From a virus (Duplodnaviria > Caudoviricetes), in the IMG/VR virus record IMGVR_UViG_3300038470_000079, positions 1-59,854 of that record: a DNA stretch of 59,854 bases. One strand, written 5' to 3'. The notes under the pieces were generated by a model that saw nothing but the letters and a program-made list of their open reading frames with translations, had not been told where the DNA came from and searched no databases. Shown here piece by piece: positions 47,308 to 56,387 of this stretch. The translations under genes were made by a program, and so were the position numbers. Position 1 is the stretch's first letter, and each line of letters begins with the position of its first letter.

Positions 47308-47444
47308 TGGTACCTCTGGTACCTCACTGCACCCCCTTAATGCTCAAGAGCCATAGAAAATCCGAAAAATAATTGGCCCAAAACTTTTTTTGCTCCCTAT
47401 AGGCTTGAGCCACAAGCTATGAAATTGAGGTACCAGAGGTACCA
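47308..47444. other. Candidate replication origin: 19-bp perfect inverted repeats flanking an AT-rich core
   Basis: tggtacctctggtacctca (47308-47326) / tgaggtaccagaggtacca (47426-47444), inner IR gctcaag/cttgagc, directly after the helicase stop. Confidence 0.6.
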
Positions 47445-47450
47445 AAAGCC

Positions 47451-49073
47451 CTACTCTGGTAGTAGTCTTACCCCGTGAATACGTAAAATCTTGCGTCTTC
47501 GCTGCCCACCGGCTCCCGATGTCCTCTGATCCTCGGTCCGAAATCCCGGCACCAAGCGCTCCAGCTCCGCGAGGAACCGCTGCTTGGAAAGTGCATACAA
47601 ACCGGATTCCTTCGTCCACGATACGTAATCCGGGTACAGCCCCCCTCCCAGATCCAGGGACCCCGTTTCATCGACGAGCGCACTGGTAAGCCCGCGCCCG
47701 CACTCGCAATGCTCGCCCAGCCACTGGCGCACGCGATCGTTCTCCCCGCGGTAAGCCTCACCGGCAGCCAGCACGGCCGAAGGTGCTGCCAACCCGTGCT
47801 CGAACCACAGGCGTGCGCCCTCGACGATCCAGGCCAGCACCGCCTCGCTGTGCTCCACGCTCGCCAGGCGCGCCATGAGGGTCTGGTCCTTCAGGTACCG
47901 CGCCGCGCCGCGGGCCACCTCGTCCTCGGTGCCGAACATCACCACGTAGGGGATGAGCAGCACGCGCCGCCAGATGCCGTGGTCCTGGCCCTTGATGACG
48001 GGCTTGTGGTTGGTTACCAACTGCAGCTTGTGGGTGGGCTTGAACTCGAAGAAATCCCGGTTCATGAAGCGCCCCACCAGCAGGTCGTCGCCGGTGGCGT
48101 GCTTGATGAAGGCCTCGCGCAGCACCTGCCCTTCGCCCGACTCGTGTGCCGTCACCAGGCGCCGCCCGCGCAGGCCGGCGATCTCGGTGGGGTGGCGGTT
48201 GTCGCCGTCCCCGCGCCGCTCGGTCAGCAGGCCCGGGGGCGCCGCGGCGGTGTACCCTTTCGCACCACCACCGAGCACGCGGCCGATGGTGGCCATGATG
48301 GTCGACTTGCCGTTGCTGCCGTCGCCCCAGTGGACGGCAAAGCACTGCTCGCGCACCGACCCGGTGGCGCAGTACCCGAACCAGCGCTGCAGGAACCGGC
48401 ACAGCACGCGTCGGTCCGCCGGCAGGTCTGCCTCACCCATGATCTGGGCGATCGTCTCTTCCCACAGCACCGAACGGGCGCCCGGCACGTACTTCAGATC
48501 GATCAGCTTGGTGATGTAGTTGTCCGACCGGTGCGGGCCGAGCACGCCCGTGCGCAGATCCACGGTGCCGTTGTCGCAGTTGAGCAGCCAGGGGTTGGCG
48601 TCGAAGATGTTGATGTCCACCTCCGACATCTTCTTCCACAGGGCCATCGCCGCATCGATGCGCGGTTTCATCTCGCACTGCTGGGCCCACTCGCGCAGGG
48701 CGTCGCCCGAAGCCGCGGCGAACGACTTGGCCTCGCGTGCGGCCTTCTCGCTGCGCTTGGCCACGGTCTCGGCCTTGCCCGCCTCGCGCCGGGCGAGCAG
48801 GGCCTCCTTGCGCAGGCGCTCCAGGTCGGCGACGGAGGTGCTGCCGGTGCCTTTGGCGGTGGCGTACGCGCGCTCGGCGATCACGGCCGCCTCGGCGAGC
48901 TCGAACGCGCGGCCGCGGTCGGCCTGAGCCGTGTCGCGCAGGTCGGAGAGCCAGGCGTCGTGCCGGGCGCGGGCGGCGGCCTCGGCTTCCGCCTCGGCGG
49001 CGCGAGCCGTGCGGACGATCGCGGCGCGGGTGGCGGCTGGCGGGGGCTGGGGGGCGCTGGGTTCGTCGGTCAT
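47451..49073 (-). CDS. D5/P4-type SF3 helicase (C-terminal half of primase-helicase)
   Basis: FDANPWLLNCDNGTVDLRTG, FLQRWFGY..TG, Walker A GDGSNGKST, IK..TG.D, TNHKP...D.GIWRR. Confidence 0.9.
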   Translation of the reverse strand: MTDEPSAPQPPPAATRAAIVRTARAAEAEAEAAARARHDAWLSDLRDTAQADRGRAFELAEAAVIAERAYATAKGTGSTSVADLERLRKEALLARREAGKAETVAKRSEKAAREAKSFAAASGDALREWAQQCEMKPRIDAAMALWKKMSEVDINIFDANPWLLNCDNGTVDLRTGVLGPHRSDNYITKLIDLKYVPGARSVLWEETIAQIMGEADLPADRRVLCRFLQRWFGYCATGSVREQCFAVHWGDGSNGKSTIMATIGRVLGGGAKGYTAAAPPGLLTERRGDGDNRHPTEIAGLRGRRLVTAHESGEGQVLREAFIKHATGDDLLVGRFMNRDFFEFKPTHKLQLVTNHKPVIKGQDHGIWRRVLLIPYVVMFGTEDEVARGAARYLKDQTLMARLASVEHSEAVLAWIVEGARLWFEHGLAAPSAVLAAGEAYRGENDRVRQWLGEHCECGRGLTSALVDETGSLDLGGGLYPDYVSWTKESGLYALSKQRFLAELERLVPGFRTEDQRTSGAGGQRRRKILRIHGVRLLPE

Positions 49074-49516
49074 GATGCTGCGGCGAGGTCGCGGTTCATC
49101 TTGTCGGCCACGCGTTGCGCGTAGCATTCATGCTTGAAGGTCCGGTCATGCAGCCGGTGGTTGACTAGCACACCCCAGGCGCGCAGCCGCGGGTTCCAGC
49201 GACGCAGTATCCAGCGCGTGCCGCAAGGGGACACGTGCCAGCGGTATCGTTTCATGGTGCTGTCGGTCATGATGACTTGTGACTCCCGATGAAACCGACC
49301 GCTGGCCATGTCGATGAGCATCGGAATGCTGTCCTCTAAGAACCACTCGGCGCGGGACTTCTTCGCGGACTCGAATGCACGCACAGCCGTGCGGACATCG
49401 GCGACTTCGGTGCGAACGAAGGCGCCGCTCTTGAACTGGATGTGGATGGTGTTGTTGGTCATGATGGGGTGCTCCGCTTGATGAGGTGAGGTCGGCAGCG
49501 TGGTCTCGTCGGTCAT
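49070..49516 (-). CDS. Hypothetical protein (start uncertain; may be two fused small genes)
   Basis: ATGA overlap with the helicase start; several candidate ATGACC starts. Confidence 0.45.
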   Translation of the reverse strand: MTDETTLPTSPHQAEHPIMTNNTIHIQFKSGAFVRTEVADVRTAVRAFESAKKSRAEWFLEDSIPMLIDMASGRFHRESQVIMTDSTMKRYRWHVSPCGTRWILRRWNPRLRAWGVLVNHRLHDRTFKHECYAQRVADKMNRDLAAAS

Positions 49517-49517
49517 G

Positions 49518-49649
49518 GTCAGCTGCACGCACATCGACGATGCTTCGGTCATCCACTTCTCCAGGCGCGATCAGGCCCGCGGCAATCAGGTTGCGCAACC
49601 ACCGCACGGCGTACGGTTCGTTCTCGTTGTAGTAGGCGGGCCCGCTCAC
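49518..49649 (-). pseudogene. N-terminal remnant of a phage C5-cytosine DNA methyltransferase
   Basis: AYYNENEPYAVRWLRNLIAAGLIAPGEVDDRSIVDV. Similarity stops before the expected HFFAGIG and PCQ motifs. Confidence 0.7.
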
Positions 49650-49786
49650 TTGAACCGCTCACACGCGATGCCCGCCGCGAGAATGAACCCCGCCAGCACC
49701 GCGAGCCACGGTCGCTTCCACAGGAAGCCGTAATTCAGGGCCAGGGAGCCAGCCACCAGGAGCGCGAACTGCGCGGCTGCTACCAC
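49646..49786 (-). CDS. Small 2-TM membrane protein (46 aa)
   Basis: Hand-translated MVAAAQFALLVAGSLALNYGFLWKRPWLAVLAGFILAAGIACERFK, overlapping both neighbours. Confidence 0.55.
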   Translation of the reverse strand: MVAAAQFALLVAGSLALNYGFLWKRPWLAVLAGFILAAGIACERFK

Positions 49787-50589
49787 AGCTGCTCCTGCTC
49801 AAGGTCCCAACCCGGCAGCGCCTCCACATATTCGCACGAAGAGCCGCACTCGATGGAAGGTTCGTCCTTGTAGCTGCCGGTGTTGGGGTCCAGCTCACGT
49901 AGCGGGAACCGCCGGCCTTTCAGTGGACCGCTTCGGTGCCGCAGGAGATAGGCACCAGGCCCGAGCATCTCTTCGATTTGCGCGACCTCTTCAAAACGGC
50001 CCGGAAAATCACGACGGATCTTGTTCCAGTAACCAGCACCACCCTTCACGCAGCCGATGCAGTTGGCGTTGTGGTACCCGAGTCGGTACATCTCAGGTAG
50101 CACCAAACCGGCGCGTTCGATCAGCGCCAGCGCGTCGCTCTTCGTGACGCCAGCGTCGATCAGCGGCGCGATCACGCGCCGGTCGGGGTTGGCATCGATC
50201 CAATTGTCCAAGCGGTCCTGTTCCGCTGCGTCGTACCCGAGCACGACCACATCATTGGGGAGCGCCTGGGCATCCAACACCTCTCGCTTCAGCGTTTTCG
50301 AACAGGGTGCACCGCGCGCGCCTTTCAGGTAGCGTCTCTTCCGGAACAGTTGCAACGTACTAGCACCGTAACGTGTATCAGCGAAGCGTTGGATCGACTG
50401 GCCAAACCACCGTTCACAGTCGCGTAGGAACCGAGCGTTGTCGGGGTGTTCCTCTTGCACGATTGCGTTGTGGATCACCACGTCGTGTGCCACACCATAG
50501 GCATTCAGCGCCAGTTTAGTCGCCACCGCCGATGTGACGCCGCACGAGAATTTGCAGACGATCCGCGCATCGCCCGGGATTTCTACCAT
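49780..50589 (-). CDS. PAPS reductase-like adenine nucleotide alpha-hydrolase
   Basis: FSCGVTSA (PP-loop-like), EHPDN.RFL, APC...LK, HNANCIGCVKGG.GYW, terminal CG..C. Confidence 0.8.
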   Translation of the reverse strand: MVEIPGDARIVCKFSCGVTSAVATKLALNAYGVAHDVVIHNAIVQEEHPDNARFLRDCERWFGQSIQRFADTRYGASTLQLFRKRRYLKGARGAPCSKTLKREVLDAQALPNDVVVLGYDAAEQDRLDNWIDANPDRRVIAPLIDAGVTKSDALALIERAGLVLPEMYRLGYHNANCIGCVKGGAGYWNKIRRDFPGRFEEVAQIEEMLGPGAYLLRHRSGPLKGRRFPLRELDPNTGSYKDEPSIECGSSCEYVEALPGWDLEQEQLW

Positions 50590-51170
50590 AGCTGTTCCTC
50601 ATCCTTCAAGGCCTTGCTCAGCTTCGCCGGCACGATCGACTTGACCGCGCCGGCGTTGGCAGCCGCGACGATCGCGCGGCCACGATTCACGGCCTCGCGT
50701 TCGGGCCGCGAGCGCACGCGGCCGGCAGCCAGGCCCCCGGGGCAGTGGCTATCGCGCATCGCCATCAGGGCCTCGATCGCGTCCAGCGCCATCGTGTACT
50801 GCCACCCCGGGCCCTCCTGGTGCTGGAGCGAGCCGTAGTGATGCGCGGTCTCGGGTGGCTTGGCCAGACCCAGGGCCCATCGCCGGTAGCGGAAGTCCAG
50901 CGTCACCCAATACTCGGCCAAGTCCTCGCACCAGTGATCCGGCGCCCGCAGGGCCACGCATTGCGCAATCGCGGTGCCCAGGTCGACGGCGCACCACCCG
51001 ATGGGCAGGCAGCGCTGCACGGCCTGGGGGATGCCACCGTCACCGGCGTTGGTGCCGTTGTTGCCCCAGACCGCCGTCAGGCGCTCGGGCAGGCGAAGCT
51101 GACGCGCTGGCCCGTGCCAGATCGTCGGGAACTGGTGGCGCTCGCGCGCCAGCTGCTTCGCCCGGCCCAC
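50583..51170 (-). CDS. Hypothetical protein
   Basis: 195-aa ORF coupled to the next gene. Confidence 0.6.
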   Translation of the reverse strand: MGRAKQLARERHQFPTIWHGPARQLRLPERLTAVWGNNGTNAGDGGIPQAVQRCLPIGWCAVDLGTAIAQCVALRAPDHWCEDLAEYWVTLDFRYRRWALGLAKPPETAHHYGSLQHQEGPGWQYTMALDAIEALMAMRDSHCPGGLAAGRVRSRPEREAVNRGRAIVAAANAGAVKSIVPAKLSKALKDEEQLW

Positions 51171-51176
51171 GGGTGC

Positions 51177-51419
51177 TCACACCGGTTCGAGTTGCTCGTG
51201 CGTGAGGTGCAGTGGCTCGGCTTCGCTGGCCTTGCTGCCGGAGAACTGCTCGTCGTACGCCTTCAGCGCAGCGTCCGCGTCGGTCTTCGCTTGGTCGGCA
51301 TCGCGCCCCTTGCGCATCGACTCCAGATAGGTCTGCTGCCACCAGGCCCGCCGAACGGTCTCCTCGGCGGTTTCGTTTGCCACACCACCAGCCGTGAACA
51401 TCCGTTGTGCATCACTCAT
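51177..51419 (-). CDS. Hypothetical protein
   Basis: MSDAQR...ADAAL..YD..F; start overlaps the primase stop. Confidence 0.6.
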   Translation of the reverse strand: MSDAQRMFTAGGVANETAEETVRRAWWQQTYLESMRKGRDADQAKTDADAALKAYDEQFSGSKASEAEPLHLTHEQLEPV

Positions 51420-52818
51420 CTTCACTCTCCTTTGATTCCTCGATTTCGCAGCGACGAGCTTCATCGCTAACGATCTTGCTCAGCATGCAGGTGTACCTGC
51501 ACACCCCCGCGTCGTCCTCGACCCAGCACTTTCCGTCGTCGACGTGCCAACGGTCTGCTGCCGACAGCGCCCGCCGCCCGTACGCCAGGACTAGGCGCAC
51601 GGCGTTGGCCTGATCGGTGGTGCGGTACTCGGCCGGCGGCACAGCACGCCGCACCACCTTGACCGCAACCTTTCCCTCACCCTCCCCTTTTGTAATCGTG
51701 CCGGGAGCAGCGTTTGCTACAACCTCGGCATGCTCACCGTTCTGGCTTTGATCGACATCATGATCTTCATCCTCTGGCTCCGGCTGCTCGTCATCTTCAA
51801 TCGCGCTGAACGCGCTGTCGTCGATGGGCGCCCGCCACCCGGCCGACTTCGCCGCCATCGACATGATGGACCGACCGGTGATGACCTGACCCCCGCCGCG
51901 ATTGGACGTGATGTATGGCCAGACGCGACTGCGGAAGAACTCAGCGTTGTGCTTGGCCGACCGCTCGCTGAACTCCTCTGCGAGCGCGAGGCCCGCTTCA
52001 CTGCCCGCGGTCTCGTGGTGGATGCCGCAGATGACGCGGAACCACTCGTCGTAGTCCAGTTCCGGCGCGCCGTCGCGCCCGTTGCCGATGGCGTCGAGGG
52101 CCTGGCGCCACAGACCGGTGAGCGATGCAGCGCCCGCGTCATCGCGCTCAAACCGCGTCGGGCGCTGAACCACGGGCACGGGCAGCGAGGTGGCCCAGGC
52201 CCATTCGAGCACAGCTTCACGGCCGCGCGGGTCATCCTCCAGCAGACCCGAGATCTCGTCGAGCAGCAGCGGCACGCTGCGCCCGGCCAGGGGCAGGATG
52301 AACTGACTGCCATTGCCGTCGTGCGGCACGCTGTCTTGCTTCGGGAAGATCTCCACCTGGCCGGCCCCGACCCCTTTGGTGCCCGGCCGCAGGCCGGCAG
52401 CCTCAAGGCAGTCGCGCAGCCACTGGCGCACGCTGTAGGCGTCCTGGGCGCTGTCCCAGAGCAGGTAGAGGTGGATGCCGCGGCCTCCGCTGCTGCGAAA
52501 GAGCAGGGGCTCGGCGCCCCAGATCACGGTGAGCGCGTCGACTACCTTGGCCACGGCCACGCTCATTTCCGTCCAGGTGGACTCGCCCTTGTGACTGTCA
52601 AAGTCGAGGACGGCGAGCATGGTGACTGACTCGCCGGCCTTGATCGGACAGACACCGCGTGCCGGTCCGCCGTTGAGGTGCGCGGCCAGACGGTCAGCGG
52701 TCAGTGGGCTCTTGGTCCACGCCTGGACGCCGGCCGCATTCTTGGCGGCCGTGATGTCCGTGCGTACGCGGTCCGTGATGGGCCGCAACGCCGCGATGAG
52801 CGGGTCGTTGGGGCTCAC
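51412..52818 (-). CDS. AEP-type primase with PriCT-2 domain and the first part of a D5_N domain
   Basis: HL.G...G, LDFDSH, SSGGRG.HL, EIFPKQ, LP; DYDEW...IH; TTDQANA.RL...W...DG..W. Confidence 0.85.
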   Translation of the reverse strand: MSPNDPLIAALRPITDRVRTDITAAKNAAGVQAWTKSPLTADRLAAHLNGGPARGVCPIKAGESVTMLAVLDFDSHKGESTWTEMSVAVAKVVDALTVIWGAEPLLFRSSGGRGIHLYLLWDSAQDAYSVRQWLRDCLEAAGLRPGTKGVGAGQVEIFPKQDSVPHDGNGSQFILPLAGRSVPLLLDEISGLLEDDPRGREAVLEWAWATSLPVPVVQRPTRFERDDAGAASLTGLWRQALDAIGNGRDGAPELDYDEWFRVICGIHHETAGSEAGLALAEEFSERSAKHNAEFFRSRVWPYITSNRGGGQVITGRSIMSMAAKSAGWRAPIDDSAFSAIEDDEQPEPEDEDHDVDQSQNGEHAEVVANAAPGTITKGEGEGKVAVKVVRRAVPPAEYRTTDQANAVRLVLAYGRRALSAADRWHVDDGKCWVEDDAGVCRYTCMLSKIVSDEARRCEIEESKESEDE

Positions 52819-53057
52819 GCCAGAGTGTCGTTGCTGGTGACGAAGCTGAAATGGTTGCGGTCCAGCACCAGCAGCAGGTTGACGAAGGTGGTGGCGCTCA
52901 GGTCGTGGTGCTTGCCCTGCTTCAGGCGTGTCATCGTGGCGCTGTCGACGCCGGCCGCTTCAGCGATGGCTGTCCGGGTGGTGCCGGCGTACTTGCAGTG
53001 CGCGTCGATCGCCTTGTCCAGGGCCTTCAGGTCGATCCGGTAGGGGCTGTGTTTCAT
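52815..53057 (-). CDS. XRE-family HTH protein
   Basis: RTAIAEAAGVDSATMTRLKQG. Confidence 0.75.
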   Translation of the reverse strand: MKHSPYRIDLKALDKAIDAHCKYAGTTRTAIAEAAGVDSATMTRLKQGKHHDLSATTFVNLLLVLDRNHFSFVTSNDTLA

Positions 53058-53127
53058 GTGACGCCGGTCAAGTGAAGGCCGGAGGTTACAACACCGGCAA
53101 GAAGGTGAGCAAGGGCTGCGGTAACTG

Positions 53128-53832
53128 TTACACGGGCCTGACCTTCTGTTCCGGATACCACGTGGCGCCTTGGCGTCGCGGACCGGTGTGCTTGTGGCGG
53201 TTCTCGAACTCGAACCGGTACCAGAAACCCCTTCTGTAGGTTGGTGTGCCCGGACGCATCTGCATTTCTGCGACGAAGGCTCGGTCGTGCACATGGGCCA
53301 CGCGCACCTCTTCCCCGACCTTGAATTTCGGCTGCGCGGGCTCGATCTCGAACTCGCCCTCGCCCTTGTAGATGTTGTGCGTCGGTGTGTTCGCAATCAT
53401 CGCGTAGTGAAAGGCGTCGGCGCCGTCTAATGAGCCCATGTCGACACCTATCCACATGGCGCCGGTGCCCTTGGTGATCGCGTCGACGAGCATCTCTTCG
53501 AGCGCGAAATCACGCGCCCGTGCGGACTGCGCCAGCATGTTGGCCAGTTTACCGGTGTACCGGCCCACACCGGCGAAGCCGACGTACCCCGCCGCTGCGC
53601 AGCCTCGGCTTCGTCCGCTGACCCACCGAGGCCGTTTGGTGTACGCGTGGTGGACGAGCGGGGCTTTCCCGCTCATGTCCCAGCCACCGAAGAACTGAGC
53701 CCATTGCACGTCGTACTCGCCGATGTCGCGCACCCGGTCCGTAGCCAGGCGCCGCCACCGCAGGGCCTCGTTGTGGGCGATGACATCGGCGAGCAGCAGC
53801 TGCTCGCGCAGGAGTTCGAGACGGGTTTTCAT
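53128..53832 (-). CDS. Hypothetical protein
   Basis: MKTRLELL..., C-terminal PKFKVGEEV...WY.E..V.P SH3-like pattern. Confidence 0.55.
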   Translation of the reverse strand: MKTRLELLREQLLLADVIAHNEALRWRRLATDRVRDIGEYDVQWAQFFGGWDMSGKAPLVHHAYTKRPRWVSGRSRGCAAAGYVGFAGVGRYTGKLANMLAQSARARDFALEEMLVDAITKGTGAMWIGVDMGSLDGADAFHYAMIANTPTHNIYKGEGEFEIEPAQPKFKVGEEVRVAHVHDRAFVAEMQMRPGTPTYRRGFWYRFEFENRHKHTGPRRQGATWYPEQKVRPV

Positions 53833-54953
53833 GCTTGATCCTTTCCGGCTTTCTTGATGGCAGCCTCGATGCGCAGTGCAATGGCGCAGTTGGCGGCTGC
53901 CTTCTTGGTGCTCTGGCCCGACTCGTGCACCTGCCCGGCCAGGTTCTGTGCCACGGCTTTCTCGCGATGGCTTTGCTCGTAACGCCAGAACTGCGCAGCC
54001 GCCTCGCGCAGTTCGGCCACCAGTGCGGCGATGGTGGCGTCCTTCGCGGCGAGAGCGGCTTCCACGCCCCCGGACAGCAGTGCCTGCTCGTGCGTGTAGC
54101 TGGCCTGCTGCTGCTCGGCAGTCATGTACTGCGCGCGGGCCTTGCTCGCTAGCGCCTGCCAGCCGCCGATAGCGTCCCCGCTGTAGCACCACACCTCTTG
54201 GTCTCCGTCCGTGACGCGCAGGGTAGCCGCCACCGGCATGCTCGCATCGCCGCTCTTGCTGGCCTCCAGGGTTGGCTCGCTCTGACTTCCTGACACGGGC
54301 GAGTTACGCAGCCGCTCACGCCCATCGGCTTGCTGTGCGAGGTACCCCGGAGGTAGATCCGCGATGATCGATTTCAGCTTTGTCTGCGCCTCCGGAGTGA
54401 GCGTGCGCCACTCACTGTCGCGCACGCTGATCTGACGCTCCGGCTCCCCGCCCTTCGGCGCCACCATGCGCCGGGCGAGGGATTCGATGCGGTCACGATG
54501 GGCCATGTAGGCGTTGTCCGGGTACCCTCGGTAGGCTGCGACGCACTTGTCCACCGCCTGCATCAGATCCTGCACCTCTTCCGGTGCGGCGGACGCTGGT
54601 GGCCCTTCGCGCAACCATTCGCACACGTCCGCAACCCAGTCGTTGTGCGTGTACTCGGGCGGCATCCAGTTGGATTCGCTGGCCGCTTGCTTGACCGACA
54701 TCCATGACTCACCGTCCAGGTCGATCGTTGGAATCTGCGCCTGCGCCTCATAGTGCGCGCGCGCGGCTTCGCGGTCGGCGCGGATCTGGGCGGCGGTGTG
54801 CAGATCATGTCGTCCAGGCTCCAACGTTTCGGCGGCAGCGGACTTTTCCAGCACCGTAGCGAACCACTTGGCATGCCCGCCTCGGAATGCAACAGCGATC
54901 GGCTCCGGCAGCGGGGCGTCGTACGGCTTCAGGGTGGGGGTCTTGTCGGTCAT
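53829..54953 (-). CDS. Hypothetical mosaic protein
   Basis: 374-aa ORF with ATGA coupling. Confidence 0.65.
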   Translation of the reverse strand: MTDKTPTLKPYDAPLPEPIAVAFRGGHAKWFATVLEKSAAAETLEPGRHDLHTAAQIRADREAARAHYEAQAQIPTIDLDGESWMSVKQAASESNWMPPEYTHNDWVADVCEWLREGPPASAAPEEVQDLMQAVDKCVAAYRGYPDNAYMAHRDRIESLARRMVAPKGGEPERQISVRDSEWRTLTPEAQTKLKSIIADLPPGYLAQQADGRERLRNSPVSGSQSEPTLEASKSGDASMPVAATLRVTDGDQEVWCYSGDAIGGWQALASKARAQYMTAEQQQASYTHEQALLSGGVEAALAAKDATIAALVAELREAAAQFWRYEQSHREKAVAQNLAGQVHESGQSTKKAAANCAIALRIEAAIKKAGKDQA

Positions 54954-54954
54954 G

Positions 54955-55683
54955 TCAGTCCTTCAGTTCCGCACGCATGCGTTTCAGCACTTCCTTGCCT
55001 GCGGCGTTCGATGGGTAGTGGCTCCAGTCCTCCTCGCACATCGGGAACGCATCGGCGATGATCGCCCTCAGCCGCTCCACCTCTGCCTGCAGCGCGATGC
55101 ATTGCGGCGTGTACCGAGGCGGGTCTCCGCGGAATACGCCATTGCACGCGTCTGGGTCGTGCATCATTCGCCGCTGGTGCTCCTTGAGGCGATCCACCTC
55201 TGCCTGCGCATCCACGAGCAGCGCTTCGAGGCCGGCGATGCGGGTCTGCGCGTCCTGGGCGATCTGCTGCGCCTCCCGCATGTGGCCGGACAGGAACGCG
55301 TTGCGCTCCTCCAGTTCCACGGCCTTGCGATTCGCCACACGCAGCGCTGCCGCGTCGAAGTCCTCCCAGCCGGACCCAAAGGTGCCGTTCATGATGGCCG
55401 CCATGTCGCCGATCTTGGTCTGCGCATCCGCAAGCTCACGCTGTAGTCTGGCTTGCTCGTCCTGCACCAGCAGGATGGCGCCAGCATCCAGCATGCGCTG
55501 CGCCTGCGCATCCGCGAGGCGCTGGAGGGTCGCCTTGTCGTGGGCTTCGATTGCGTTGAGGCCCAGCCGCAAATTGACCTTGTCGCGCGCCGCCGCGGCA
55601 CGAACACTATCCACGACCAACTGCCGACGCTGCATCAGCCACGCCTGCGGGTCGAACTCTTGGGGGGTGGTGTCGGGAGTCAT
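54955..55683 (-). CDS. Hypothetical coiled-coil protein
   Basis: SD AAGGA; repeated LADAQ / AEV.RL segments. Confidence 0.65.
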   Translation of the reverse strand: MTPDTTPQEFDPQAWLMQRRQLVVDSVRAAAARDKVNLRLGLNAIEAHDKATLQRLADAQAQRMLDAGAILLVQDEQARLQRELADAQTKIGDMAAIMNGTFGSGWEDFDAAALRVANRKAVELEERNAFLSGHMREAQQIAQDAQTRIAGLEALLVDAQAEVDRLKEHQRRMMHDPDACNGVFRGDPPRYTPQCIALQAEVERLRAIIADAFPMCEEDWSHYPSNAAGKEVLKRMRAELKD

Positions 55684-55947
55684 TGCTCGTGGTCCTTCAT
55701 TCGTTCGACAAGGCACAGGGTATCGTTGTGGCCGCCTCCGTGCATCGTCTCGTGTGCCGGCGCCGGCTGCAGCGCGGCGATGCTGGCGGTGATCTGGTCT
55801 TGGGTCATCATGGGTCGTGCTCCTTCAAGCGTCTTCAAACCTTACGGGGCGGCCCGCGAACTCCCCAGTTCGCATGTCTCTCGGGCCGGCCGCTAAGGTC
55901 ACTACAACATCGGCGTCACCTCCTGCGGGGTTGGTAAGAAAAGGTTC

Positions 55948-56157
55948 CTACAGCAGCATGTCGCGCGTTGCCGCGTCTGCACCGTCCCAGCCCGCACGCC
56001 AGTGGACGGCCTTGTCCGGCGCGCCGCGAAAGGACTCGCGATCCAGGCCCAGACGCCGCGCCTTCGCGCCCTCAGCCCGCAGCAGTGCGTGCGCACGGGG
56101 CACGACCGTGGTCTTCGTGCCCCAGCGGTTGACCTTGTGGTAGTTCAGATTGCTCAC
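55948..56157 (-). CDS. Hypothetical protein
   Basis: GTG overlapping the upstream stop, SD GAGGAG, W.AGW motif. Confidence 0.55.
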   Translation of the reverse strand: MSNLNYHKVNRWGTKTTVVPRAHALLRAEGAKARRLGLDRESFRGAPDKAVHWRAGWDGADAATRDMLL

Positions 56158-56387
56158 CAGAGCTGCTCCTCTTCCGGCGCCTGGACCTTGCCGTCGTACG
56201 TGAAGACCAGGCCGCCGTCGTCCTGGCACTCCATGGTCAGCTTGCCGCCGTTGGCGCCGCGCGGCCAGAGCACCCCGATCACAGGGACTCCGGCCTTGCG
56301 CAGCTGCTTGACGACGAAGTCGCCGCGCAGGCATTCGTTGCCGCTGAAGGGGCGCATTTGCGCCACCGTGATCTGGATCGTGACCAT
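56154..56387 (-). CDS. Hypothetical protein
   Basis: LRKAGVPV.G motif, coupled. Confidence 0.6.
   Translation of the reverse strand: MVTIQITVAQMRPFSGNECLRGDFVVKQLRKAGVPVIGVLWPRGANGGKLTMECQDDGGLVFTYDGKVQAPEEEQLW

Noticed and set aside
49074-51411. Self-splicing intron, intein or IS element splitting the primase
   Set aside because: No intein C/HN termini, intron core, transposase, terminal inverted repeats or target duplication seen; the inserted genes are translationally coupled to both halves.
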